Below are positions 21,733 to 33,279 of a stretch of 64,000 nt of DNA, one piece after another. Origin of the DNA: Eledone cirrhosa (Eukaryota); assembly GCA_964016885.1 (NCBI GenBank), contig OZ024740.1:171802001-171866000 (forward strand). The letters are read 5' to 3'. The notes beneath the pieces are model-generated. The model was given only the letters and a program-made list of their open reading frames with translations. It had not been told where the DNA came from and did no database searches. Each line of letters starts with the position of its first letter. Position 1 is the first letter of the stretch. Made by a program: the position numbers and the translations under genes.

Positions 21733-22327
21733 GTGCTCGAAAGTGACCTGACATAAACATACATACATACATACATGCATACATATATACATATACATAA
21801 AAGAAAAGACGAAGTTTCCCAACACAAATATTTTGCCGCTTCTATCACCAAGCAATGTAAATCTAAAGGAGCGGTATGAAAGAAGACAGCCGATATTAGG
21901 AAATGAAATGTGTGACAATTTGATATAAAGTTTCGTTTCAACAGTACCAGCTGCTATAAAAGGAACTGTAGGGTTGGGTGAAATAATGAGAAATAGCTAC
22001 AAAATGATAATATATAAAAATAACAACAAGCAGAAAAAAGAAATCAAAAATATTGTTTTCATGAAAATCCGTGTGATCTTTATATCCGCCGCAAGAGATT
22101 AACACTGTGTGTGGTAATTAAGCTTGATCGTTGCACCTTTAATCTAATCACCTACTGTGATATCAAGGTCATACATTTGAGGCACATCCTTAATTTTGTT
22201 CAATACATCTTCTCCTTTATTGCAATCATAACAAATAATAGGGGGTGAAACTGTGGCGGTACAACGGAATAACGACGAAAGGTCAAATACCAACTTCGTC
22301 CTCAGACACATTTACTCTCTTACTCTT

Positions 22328-22399
<72 letters not shown>

Positions 22400-22402
<3 letters not shown>

Positions 22403-22628
22403 GGGGCGGTGGAACTGGGGCAGGTGATACCATACCCCCTCCCCCAATAACTATATTTTTCTCCCCAAACTACCAAAGCACATCTATTTGCATATGCGCT
22501 ACAATTTATGTTCATGTTATGTAGAGATAGATGGGAGAGATAGATATATATAGAGAGAGGGGGAGAGTTTGGTCTTAATTCATATAGAGAGGAAGTTTGG
22601 GAGAGTGTGTTGTATATTGGATATATAT
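22400..22628. mobile_element. Left part of a small element (hAT-like cagggg terminus) split by the Tx1 insertion
   Basis: Inverted homolog of 59950-60093. It runs into the same GA-rich minisatellite that resumes at 28141. Confidence 0.65.
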
Positions 22629-22866
22629 TTCTATTTATTTGCCACCAGGGCATCAAAGATGGGGACAAATACAAAAGGGGGAGTTTACATACATTTAAAA
22701 AGACGTGTAAAAAACATATAATAAATTAAATTTAACAATCGATGTCCTCAATAGGGAGGGGCGTTGACATGGGTCGCACATACCCCCGAAAAAATGTGCA
22801 ACCCTCCACTTCAGGAGTACAAAGAGCGGGTGCTTCCTTCCTCTTCTCATTCTACTCCTCTCTCAC

Positions 22867-25800
22867 CTACAGGCTGATATAGAGAGAAGGCCCATTCACT
22901 CGGGCCATTCTCGCTACTTTCACCCATCTTTCATAAAACTTGCTGGGGTAGAGCACCTCTCTCTCCATTCTGATCCTTCTTCTAAAGTGGTACTTGAAAA
23001 AAAAGACCAGTTGTTGGCCGGAGAGAAAGGTGTCTGACCTCAGCCCTTTCAACCTTGTCCACCATACAACTTCTTTCGCCATAGCTATCACACAGAGGAA
23101 AACCGCCTCTCCTTCGTTTTTGAAAGGGGGAGGCGGTTTGATTGTGACAATGTTCTCGGTGATCAACCGGAATGGTCCCACCCGCGACAGTAGTCGTTCT
23201 ACATAGCCCCACAGGTCAGCAACGCCCGGACAGTGTTCGAATGCGTGTGCGACGGTTTCCTCGTCACGCACGCATCTTGGACAGATCTTCTTCGAGGGGT
23301 CCCTACCCGGGCGCCCGTGTCTGTAGAGCTTGTCCCGAACGGGTAGAGTTCCTCGGTAACATTGCCAAGCCAGTGACTTTTGGAAGTTGTCCATCGGTCC
23401 CGGGCCAAACGTCCTACCGAACAGACTGGCCAGCTCGTCTTCCTCCATGCCCAGAGCCTCTCCGAGAGTGTCGTCGCACTTACTGCGCACCAACCCTCTA
23501 TAGAATGTTGAGGTTGAGTCTCCACTGATTGCCGGATCCGCTTGCCAGAGGGCCGTGAGCGCCTGAGCACATTCAATGTGCCAGTCGCCCACTTTTCTCG
23601 GTCTTTGCTTGACCCAGGATTGCAGCTCGGTGAGTGAGACGAGTCTCAGAAAGGCTCGCCTCACAAACAGGGCCCACACCGGCTGACCGGTGAGGAATAC
23701 CTGGAGGTGCCGTAGCCTTAATGCGTGTCTACGCATCGTCAGCCACGGCCTCCCCAGCCCTCCGTTCGAAGGGTGTTGACAGCAGGTGGATCTTCTCACC
23801 AAAGGAGCCCGCTTCTTCCAAAGAAATCGGAAGAGCGCGCGCTCCATTTTGGCGAGTGTTTTCTCTGGGCAAGTCACGACGGTCAAGCGGTAGTAGATGA
23901 CGGACGCTATATAAGCGTTCGCCACCCCCGCTCGACCTTTCAGGGATAGTTTGCACTCGGCCCACTTCTGGGCGAGTGCAAACACCTTGCCCGTTACCTC
24001 GTCCCAGTTTTTCTCCACCTGGAGGTCCGGTCCGAACCAGACCCCGAGCAGCTTCACCGGTCCCTCCGTCCAGCGTCCGACGGAGGGCATCGTTTTGCCC
24101 CTCCACGTCCCGAGTTGCAAACCGACGGACTTGTCCCGGTTCAGCTTGGCTCCTGTGAACCTTTCATATTCCTCCAGTAAGGTGCCGATCTGCCCGATTT
24201 CCGAGGCGCACGACACCATTACTGTCACGTCATCGGCGTAGGCCGACACCGCTTTCCGCAATCCCGGTTCCAAGGGGATGCCCTGCAACAGCTCCAGCTT
24301 CCGCAGTAGTGGCTCGAGAGCCAGCACATACAGGAGGGAGGAGAGAGGGCATCCCTGTCGAATGGATCGCGTGATTTGGAACGGCTCCGAGAGGTAGCCA
24401 TTCACCTTGACCCTCGAGCAGGTGTTGCTGCTGTGCATTGCAGCAATCCAGCCCCTGAAAACGGGTCCGAAGCCTGCCGCCGCGAGCACCGCATCCAGGT
24501 ACCGATGGTCAACCCTATCGAACGCTTTAGATTGATCTAAGTTGATCAGGGCCTCACCAAAGCCGGGTTCGTTCCCTACTCTCTCTACGATGTATCGCAT
24601 GAGGTGGAGGTTGTCGTGTATGGACCTGGGCGGGATTGCGCATGTCTGCGCTTCTCCCACCAGGGTCCCGACGACAAGCGCCAACCTCTTCGCTAACACC
24701 TTGGCTAAAATCTTTAACTCTGTGTTTAGCAGAGTTATGGGCCTGAAGTTATCTATGTCATCCCCCTTGTTCTCGTCCTTCCTCACCAGCGTGACTACGC
24801 CCTTGGTCACAGAACTGGGAATTCTCCCGTTCTGTTGCCAGTTGCAGTAGACCGCCTCGAGGAGATCGGAGAACAAGCCCGGCATCGCTACATAAAGTTC
24901 GTATGGTAGACCATCGAGACCCGGAGATTTGCGTTTGCCGCATTGGCTCAGCGCTTCCCCTATTTCAGCGGCTGAAATCGGCCTCTCACAGGACTTCGCC
25001 TCCCCGTCCGAGAGCCGCGCCAGACCGTCGAGGTATGGACCGAAATCCATTGCCCCACCCGGCCCGCCGCCCCTCCCGAACAGTCGTGCAAAGCGCCGTT
25101 GAAAGGCCGCGCTCATCCGCTCAGGTTCAAGGATCACGCGTCCATCCTGGTCCTTCAAAGACCGAATCGTGGACTTGTTTCCACTTTTTGCCTCTGTCAC
25201 TCTATTCCTATCTGATGCTAATTCCCGACTAAAACCTATCGATTCTATTCTAATTTCTCTCTTGAGAGAGCCCCACCACCTGTTGTTGACAATTGCCCCC
25301 GTCAAACGTTGCTTAACTAGTGTGCTAATCCGCTTACTGTAAGCTTTGTTTGTCGGTAAAGACAAATTTAGTTTCCAGTAACCGGGTCCCTGTCTATGAG
25401 TTCTATCAAGGTTGACCACTCCGGTCACCAACTTGTGATCCGAATAGTCAACCATGAACATTCGTGGACAGCTTAATATGTCCCTATCCTTATTTCTAAC
25501 TAGGAACCTATCTAGGTACGCCCTAGATGTTCCGCTGCGATTACTCCACGTCCACCGTGGCACAGTCGGAAAATCTAGTCGATATCTATCGGCCAGATCA
25601 AATCGGCCGATTAATCGTTTGAGGCTGTTACACCCCACTCTATCGGGACATGCCCCTACATAGACCCAACGTGCATCCAGGATACCATTCCAGTCCCCCA
25701 CTAAAAGCAAGGAGCGAGACGTTCCCAGGAAATTCTCCAGGCGTCGGAAGAAGTCCGGTCGCGGTGTCCCAGATGGGGCATACGCTGCCACCAGCCTGAA

Positions 25801-26115
25801 AGCTCCACCTTCACCACTGCCGACGTCTAAAACCACCAGTCGACCCTCCGGGTCCAGGTGTACCTTCTGTGTGGCAAGACCCAGGTATTTTCGCAGCAGA
25901 ACGACAACCCCAGCCCCACCCCTCGGCTGACAGAGAGATGCGTAGATCTCAAAGTCGTCGAAGATGGGGGCCAGTTGGCGCTCGCTGCTGATCCTGGACT
26001 CGCAAATAACCATTACATCCACTCTGTGCGACCTGAGGTCATTTAAGAGTTTGCCCTGTTTCCAGGACATCCCCAAGCCGCGTGCATTCACACATCCAAC
26101 TCTTATATTGGCCAT
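22867..26115 (-). CDS. LINE ORF2: AP endonuclease + reverse transcriptase + zf-RVT
   Basis: VGCVNARGL, AYAP, GDWN, YLDRF, SDH, GPGYWKLN; KSPGLDGLP, NFRPITLLN, DQSKAFDRV, QGCPLS, YADD; CPRC..ETVAH..C. Confidence 0.95.
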   Translation of the reverse strand: MANIRVGCVNARGLGMSWKQGKLLNDLRSHRVDVMVICESRISSERQLAPIFDDFEIYASLCQPRGGAGVVVLLRKYLGLATQKVHLDPEGRLVVLDVGSGEGGAFRLVAAYAPSGTPRPDFFRRLENFLGTSRSLLLVGDWNGILDARWVYVGACPDRVGCNSLKRLIGRFDLADRYRLDFPTVPRWTWSNRSGTSRAYLDRFLVRNKDRDILSCPRMFMVDYSDHKLVTGVVNLDRTHRQGPGYWKLNLSLPTNKAYSKRISTLVKQRLTGAIVNNRWWGSLKREIRIESIGFSRELASDRNRVTEAKSGNKSTIRSLKDQDGRVILEPERMSAAFQRRFARLFGRGGGPGGAMDFGPYLDGLARLSDGEAKSCERPISAAEIGEALSQCGKRKSPGLDGLPYELYVAMPGLFSDLLEAVYCNWQQNGRIPSSVTKGVVTLVRKDENKGDDIDNFRPITLLNTELKILAKVLAKRLALVVGTLVGEAQTCAIPPRSIHDNLHLMRYIVERVGNEPGFGEALINLDQSKAFDRVDHRYLDAVLAAAGFGPVFRGWIAAMHSSNTCSRVKVNGYLSEPFQITRSIRQGCPLSSLLYVLALEPLLRKLELLQGIPLEPGLRKAVSAYADDVTVMVSCASEIGQIGTLLEEYERFTGAKLNRDKSVGLQLGTWRGKTMPSVGRWTEGPVKLLGVWFGPDLQVEKNWDEVTGKVFALAQKWAECKLSLKGRAGVANAYIASVIYYRLTVVTCPEKTLAKMERALFRFLWKKRAPLVRRSTCCQHPSNGGLGRPWLTMRRHALRLRHLQVFLTGQPVWALFVRRAFLRLVSLTELQSWVKQRPRKVGDWHIECAQALTALWQADPAISGDSTSTFYRGLVRSKCDDTLGEALGMEEDELASLFGRTFGPGPMDNFQKSLAWQCYRGTLPVRDKLYRHGRPGRDPSKKICPRCVRDEETVAHAFEHCPGVADLWGYVERLLSRVGPFRLITENIVTIKPPPPFKNEGEAVFLCVIAMAKEVVWWTRLKGLRSDTFLSGQQLVFFFKYHFRRRIRMEREVLYPSKFYERWVKVARMARVNGPSLYISL

Positions 26116-26157
26116 GTTGGTGCTGAAGAGGTAAAAAGGAAGAGGAAAGGAAATTAC

Positions 26158-27951
26158 TTACCTCTTCGTCTCCTGGGGACCAGGCTGCACAATTTCCATG
26201 TGGGTGTTGGAAGGGTTGTTTGGTGGGGTGATGGTTTGTGGTGGGGTGAGGACATCAGTGTGTGGTGGGATTAGGGTGTTTGGTGGGGTGTGGGTGTCTG
26301 GTGTGGGGGTGGGGAAACATCTCAATAGGACGCTGTTATGTGGTTTGGTGCAATTGGTCCCCACATGCATTGGATGGTTCTTTTTCAAAGTTACACAGGT
26401 TACCGTTGGGACCCTAATCATCATTAGGTGCGTTTCGTTCGCTGCGTAGGTGAAAGTGATCCCTTCGGTTTCCACCGAAGGGTTATTTTCTATCGCTTTC
26501 ATCAACGTTTTATTGTTCTTGTTAATGTATGTATAGAGTTTTTGTTGTGTTGTGTTTGTTTTTGTTTGTTGTTCTTGTGCGTGTTTGCGTTTTGTAGTAC
26601 GTGTTATGTTTTGGGGAGGGGTGGGTTTTTTTATTTGTGATGTTTGTTCTGTTTGTGCTGGTGGTTGTGTGTTTGTGGCATTTTTGTTAATGTGGTGCCT
26701 TTTTTTTTTCCTTTTCACCTGTTGAAAGTGTTCTCCCTCGTCGTCACTGGGTGACGTTGATACGGAGTCCTCTTCCGTGTTGTTGGGGAGGGGTATATTT
26801 TGGGGTTTTGTTGTGGTTGCTTTTGTATTTGTTTTAGTTGGGGAGGGGTTGGGTGGAACAGTGTTTTGTGTTGTTATTTTTCCGTGTTGTTGTGGTGGTG
26901 GTGGTGGTGGTGGTGATGGTGGTTGTGTTGTTGTGTTCGGGGTTGGCAGAAGAGCCTTTTTTTTTTGACTCGTTAATTGAGGACAGGCAGCCCTCAGGTG
27001 ACCCCCTGCTTAAGCAGTGGTAACATGACGGCAGCCTTCCCTCCACTGAAATGTTTATATAAGTTAGCCCGTCCAGAGGCACGGTTGTGGGATATTCGCT
27101 ATTCGTTCTGGGCTCATTTGCACCAGAACTTCTACGGTGGCCCCACCAAATACACCTCCGGAGGACTTTCCTATTGAAATTATCTTGTCTTCGTCAAAGT
27201 TTATTATTCCACATAGTATCCACCAAATATTTACATTTGGTGTGATACTCATTATTTTTATTCTTTGTGTCCTTTTTCCCCTGTATGTGGGGTAAAAGGT
27301 GAAGCGGGGGGGGGGGGGGCACAATGGGTGCTACCGAGTACTTTTGAGCTGTTGACTGGTTGTGCATTAGCACCGAAATGCTACCAAACAGTTTACCTTT
27401 TTGTATGAAGGTTAAGTCCTTCATGGCGTCTTTTAGAACCAGCTCAATTTCATTTTGTGATAATTGAGCTGGTTTTCTTGTTTCGTTCGATATTGTCCTG
27501 AAAACCACAGTTTTCAGGACAGCCTCTCTACGTAATTCCTGTGGAGAATTAATGCTAAAAGCACCGTTTTCGCCAAAAGTCACGAATTGCTTTGCGTCTT
27601 ATAATAGTTTAGCATTTGTTATGTCTATTGGCGTCTATAGTTCGTTTTATTTTACGGTCTGTGCGAATGTTGTTTTGGTGTTGTTGTCTTTTTGTTACTG
27701 TCACTGTTGGTAATATTGGTGTTGCTATTGTTGCAGTTGTTGGTTGTGGTGTTATTGTCATTGTTCTTGTTGTTGGTGCTGGTATTATTTACCGGGTTTG
27801 GTTTCGTGGTTTCGATATTTTTCACGTTTTTCGATGATGCGAGGGGGGAAGGCTGCAAGCTTTGTACTCCTACCTTCCCTCCACCACTTTTCTTAGTGGG
27901 CGTGGCACTCACGACAGTGTGCGATGTGGAAATGGCATCCATTGCCACCAA
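26158..27951 (-). pseudogene. LINE ORF1 (gag-like) broken into several frames
   Basis: Successive ORF pieces upstream of ORF2 with N/T-rich low complexity and a zinc-knuckle-like VEGRLPSCYHC. Several breaks are near homopolymer runs. Confidence 0.75.
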
Positions 27952-28140
27952 GTCTACAGTTTTTAGATGAAAATTGAAAAATTCCGCCCCAGAGAGGGGC
28001 GAAAATTACTTGACTCAACGTCTGACGGCCCAGGCAAGGGGTTAAACTAAACAATGTTATTAAATTGAGCAATAAACTCACAATTTTTTTGACAACAATC
28101 CGTAAAAATCCGGAGCAAAGTAAATCACGTCTATATCAAG

Positions 28141-28520
28141 TGGTAATTGATATAGAGAGGGGATTTGGAATAGAGTTCTGTGTAGTAGATATAGAGAGGG
28201 GAGAGTTTAGTGTTAATTGATATAGAGAGGGGGGTTGGAGAGAGAGCTCCGTGTAGTAGATATAGAGAGGGGGAGAGTTTGGTGCTAATTGATATAAAGG
28301 GGTGGTGGAAGAGAGATCCGTGTAGTGGATATAGAGAGGGGGAGAGTTTGGTATTAATTGATATAGAGAGGGGTATTGGAAGAGAGTTCCTTCTAGTAGA
28401 TATAAATAGAGGGAGAGTTTGGTGGTAATTGATATAGAGAGAGGGTTGAGAGAGAGAGTTCCGTGTAGTAGATATAGAGAGGAGTAAACTCTGATGCTTA
28501 TTTATATTAAGAGAGGATTG
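28141..28520. repeat. GA-rich minisatellite, ~60-bp unit (gatatagagaggggagagtttggtggtaatt...)
   Basis: About 6 diverged tandem copies; 1-2 more at 22540-22625. Confidence 0.9.
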
Positions 28521-28559
28521 GAATATGAATCACTTACAATCAAATTTCGCCAGAGATAG

Positions 28560-28860
28560 ATTTGCAAAATTTGATAAGCAGGTGGAGGTGGGGGTCGAAT
28601 AAAAACCGGGTTTGGGTGGGGATTCTGACAATTAATAAGTGGGTAGGGGCGATTATTGAAGACCTAAGAGTACGTGAATTATTGTAGGACGTAAGAATGA
28701 AAACTCAATACCGGAGTAGAGTTTAAATATTCATTTATTATGGCTAAGCCTTGCTACTCTGGTATCTTACCTGCGTACTCACCAAACAAGACTGGTGATC
28801 CTGTGAGTGAGTAGGTGAAATTTTAGAAAAACAAAGCTCACCAATATCCATAATAAATGA

Positions 28861-28862
<2 letters not shown>
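28560..28862. repeat. Dispersed repeat, inverted homolog of 59675-59950
   Basis: Shared gtacgtgaattattg..ggacgtaagaatga..actcaatacc..agtagagtttaaatattca..tatggctaag..caagactggtgatc. Confidence 0.8.
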
Positions 28863-28891
<29 letters not shown>

Positions 28892-28895
<4 letters not shown>

Positions 28896-31800
28896 TATAG
28901 ACATAGAATATTCGAAAATATTCTGTATGTTTATAATAAACATTTTGAAGACCTAATCGCTATAGAATAGAATACGTCACGTATTACAATTAGATTCTCG
29001 ATAAAAGCAAGGGAAGTAATCTACGCGTTTCATTCTTGTTAGAATTCATCAGGACTACATATCCAGTGCTTTTATCGAGAATGACACAGCTAGAGACTTA
29101 TAGAATACTTAGCTGTGTACAGGAACTGGTTTGAAAGAGCGGTTGCCGGTCCGGCAGAAATTAGAAATTGGAATAAATGCTCTGAAATAGCGATATATAT
29201 GTGAATATAGACATAGAATATTCGAAAATATTCTGTATGTTTATAATAAACATTTTGAAGACCTAATCGCTATAGAATAGAATACGTCACGTATTACAAT
29301 TAGATTCTCGATAAAAGCAAGGGAAGTAATCTACGCGTTTCATTCTTGTTAGAATTCATCAGGACTACATATCCAGTGCTTTTATCGAGAATGACACAGC
29401 TAGAGACTTATAGAATACTTAGCTGTGTACAGGAACTGGTTTGAAAGAGCGGTTGCCGGTCCGGCAGAAATTAGAAATTGGAATAAATGCTCTGAAATAG
29501 CGATATATATGTGAATATAGACATAGAATATTCGAAAATATTCTGTATGTTTATAATAAACATTTTGAAGACCTAATCGCTATAGAATAGAATACGTCAC
29601 GTATTACAATTAGATTCTCGATAAAAGCAAGGGAAGTAATCTACGCGTTTCATTCTTGTTAGAATTCATCAGGACTACATATCCAGTGCTTTTATCGAGA
29701 ATGACACAGCTAGAGACTTATAGAATACTTAGCTGTGTACAGGAACTGGTTTGAAAGAGCGGTTGCCGGTCCGGCAGAAATTAGAAATTGGAATAAATGC
29801 TCTGAAATAGCGATATATATGTGAAATTCACATATATATCGCTATTTCAGAGCATTTATTCCAATTTCTAATTTCTGCCGGACCGGCAACCGCTCTTTCA
29901 AACCAGTTCCTGTACACAGCTAAGTATTCTATAAGTCTCTAGCTGTGTCATTCTCGATAAAAGCACTGGATATGTAGTCCTGATGAATTCTAACAAGAAT
30001 GAAACGCGTAGATTACTTCCCTTGCTTTTATCGAGAATCTAATTGTAATACGTGACGTATTCTATTCTATAGCGATTAGGTCTTCAAAATGTTTATTATA
30101 AACATACAGAATATTTTCGAATATTCTATGTCTATATTCACATATATATCGCTATTTCAGAGCATTTATTCCAATTTCTAATTTCTGCCGGACCGGCAAC
30201 CGCTCTTTCAAACCAGTTCCTGTACACAGCTAAGTATTCTATAAGTCTCTAGCTGTGTCATTCTCGATAAAAGCACTGGATATGTAGTCCTGATGAATTC
30301 TAACAAGAATGAAACGCGTAGATTACTTCCCTTGCTTTTATCGAGAATCTAATTGTAATACGTGACGTATTCTATTCTATAGCGATTAGGTCTTCAAAAT
30401 GTTTATTATAAACATACAGAATATTTTCGAATATTCTATGTCTATATTCACATATATATCGCTATTTCAGAGCATTTATTCCAATTTCTAATTTCTGCCG
30501 GACCGGCAACCGCTCTTTCAAACCAGTTCCTGTACACAGCTAAGTATTCTATAAGTCTCTAGCTGTGTCATTCTCGATAAAAGCACTGGATATGTAGTCC
30601 TGATGAATTCTAACAAGAATGAAACGCGTAGATTACTTCCCTTGCTTTTATCGAGAATCTAATTGTAATACGTGACGTATTCTATTCTATAGCGATTAGG
30701 TCTTCAAAATGTTTATTATAAACATACAGAATATTTTCGAATATTCTATGTCTATATTCACATATATATCGCTATTTCAGAGCATTTATTCCAATTTCTA
30801 ATTTCTGCCGGACCGGCAACCGCTCTTTCAAACCAGTTCCTGTACACAGCTAAGTATTCTATAAGTCTCTAGCTGTGTCATTCTCGATAAAAGCACTGGA
30901 TATGTAGTCCTGATGAATTCTAACAAGAATGAAACGCGTAGATTACTTCCCTTGCTTTTATCGAGAATCTAATTGTAATACGTGACGTATTCTATTCTAT
31001 AGCGATTAGGTCTTCAAAATGTTTATTATAAACATACAGAATATTTTCGAATATTCTATGTCTATATTCACATATATATCGCTATTTCAGAGCATTTATT
31101 CCAATTTCTAATTTCTGCCGGACCGGCAACCGCTCTTTCAAACCAGTTCCTGTACACAGCTAAGTATTCTATAAGTCTCTAGCTGTGTCATTCTCGATAA
31201 AAGCACTGGTTATGTAGTCCTGATGAATTCTAACAAGAATGAAACGCGTAGATTACTTCCCTTGCTTTTATCGAGAATCTAATTGTAATACGTGACGTAT
31301 TCTATTCTATAGCGATTAGGTCTTCAAAATGTTTATTATAAACATACAGAATATTTTCGAATATTCTATGTCTATATTCACATATATATCGCTATTTCAG
31401 AGCATTTATTCCAATTTCTAATTTCTGCCGGACCGGCAACCGCTCTTTCAAACCAGTTCCTGTACACAGCTAAGTATTCTATAAGTCTCTAGCTGTGTCA
31501 TTCTCGATAAAAGCACTGGATATGTAGTCCTGATGAATTCTAACAAGAATGAAACGCGTAGATTACTTCCCTTGCTTTTATCGAGAATCTAATTGTAATA
31601 CGTGACGTATTCTATTCTATAGCGATTAGGTCTTCAAAATGTTTATTATAAACATACAGAATATTTTCGAATATTCTATGTCTATATTCACATATATATC
31701 GCTATTTCAGAGCATTTATTCCAATTTCTAATTTCTGCCGGACCGGCAACCGCTCTTTCAAACCAGTTCCTGTACACAGCTAAGTATTCTATAAGTCTCT

Positions 31801-32963
31801 AGCTGTGTCATTCTCGATAAAAGCACTGGATATGTAGTCCTGATGAATTCTAACAAGAATGAAACGCGTAGATTACTTCCCTTGCTTTTATCGAGAATCT
31901 AATTGTAATACGTGACGTATTCTATTCTATAGCGATTAGGTCTTCAAAATGTTTATTATAAACATACAGAATATTTTCGAATATTCTATGTCTATATTCA
32001 CATATATATCGCTATTTCAGAGCATTTATTCCAATTTCTAATTTCTGCCGGACCGGCAACCGCTCTTTCAAACCAGTTCCTGTACACAGCTAAGTATTCT
32101 ATAAGTCTCTAGCTGTGTCATTCTCGATAAAAGCACTGGATATGTAGTCCTGATGAATTCTAACAAGAATGAAACGCGTAGATTACTTCCCTTGCTTTTA
32201 TCGAGAATCTAATTGTAATACGTGACGTATTCTATTCTATAGCGATTAGGTCTTCAAAATGTTTATTATAAACATACAGAATATTTTCGAATATTCTATG
32301 TCTATATTCACATATATATCGCTATTTCAGAGCATCTATTCCAATTTCTAATTTCTGCCGGACCGGCAACCGCTCTTTCAAACCAGTTCCTGTACACAGC
32401 TAAGTATTCTATAAGTCTCTAGCTGTGTCATTCTCGATAAAAGCACTGGATATGTAGTCCTGATGAATTCTAACAAGAATGAAACGCGTAGATTACTTCC
32501 CTTGCTTTTATCGAGAATCTAATTGTAATACGTGACGTATTCTATTCTATAGCGATTAGGTCTTCAAAATGTTTATTATAAACATACAGAATATTTTCGA
32601 ATATTCTATGTCTATATTCACATATATATCGCTATTTCAGAGCATTTATTCCAATTTCTAATTTCTGCCGGACCGGCAACCGCTCTTTCAAACCAGTTCC
32701 TGTACACAGCTAAGTATTCTATAAGTCTCTAGCTGTGTCATTCTCGATAAAAGCACTGGATATGTAGTCCTGATGAATTCTAACAAGAATGAAACGCGTA
32801 GATTACTTCCCTTGCTTTTATCGAGAATCTAATTGTAATACGTGACGTATTCTATTCTATAGCGATTAGGTCTTCAAAATGTTTATTATAAACATACAGA
32901 ATATTTTCGAATATTCTATGTCTATATTCACATATATATCGCTATTTCAGAGCATTTATTCCA

Positions 32964-32970
<7 letters not shown>
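28892..32970. mobile_element. Retrozyme-like tandem array: 310-bp unit, 3 copies on minus plus ~10.1 copies on plus, inversion point ~29826
   Basis: Exact 310-bp period. Every unit carries an HHR. Flanked by (TA)n on both sides; non-coding. Confidence 0.92.
29951..30049 (+). ncRNA. Type I hammerhead ribozyme (first of 10 plus-strand copies, every 310 bp; 3 minus-strand copies near 29016-29058, 29326-29368, 29636-29678)
   Basis: ttctcgataaaagca-ctggatat-gtagtc CTGATGA attct-aaca-agaat GAAA cgcg TA^ gattac-ttccct-tgcttttatcgagaa; palindromic stem III ACGCGT. Confidence 0.93.
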
Positions 32971-33017
<47 letters not shown>

Positions 33018-33101
33018 TGTGTGTGTGTTTGTATCGTATGTTTGTATACATCTACACGTAACTGATACAACTTTATATTTACTTCTTACTTCTGTTATAC
33101 A

Positions 33102-33136
<35 letters not shown>

Positions 33137-33137
33137 T

Positions 33138-33169
<32 letters not shown>

Positions 33170-33178
33170 GAGAGAGAG

Positions 33179-33239
<61 letters not shown>

Positions 33240-33279
33240 GATAGATAGACAGATAGATAGATAGATAGATAGAGAAAGG

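Larger units (their letters stand above)
22629..28140 (-). mobile_element. Near full-length Tx1/L1-clade non-LTR retrotransposon
   Basis: 5' UTR, frameshifted ORF1, 1082-aa ORF2, and a 3' UTR ending ccctggtggcaaataaatagaa. Confidence 0.93.

Noticed and set aside
28892-32970. CRISPR-like or rDNA/snRNA tandem array
   Set aside because: Units are identical with no unique spacers and no recognisable 5S/U-snRNA sequence. The HHR explains the unit.
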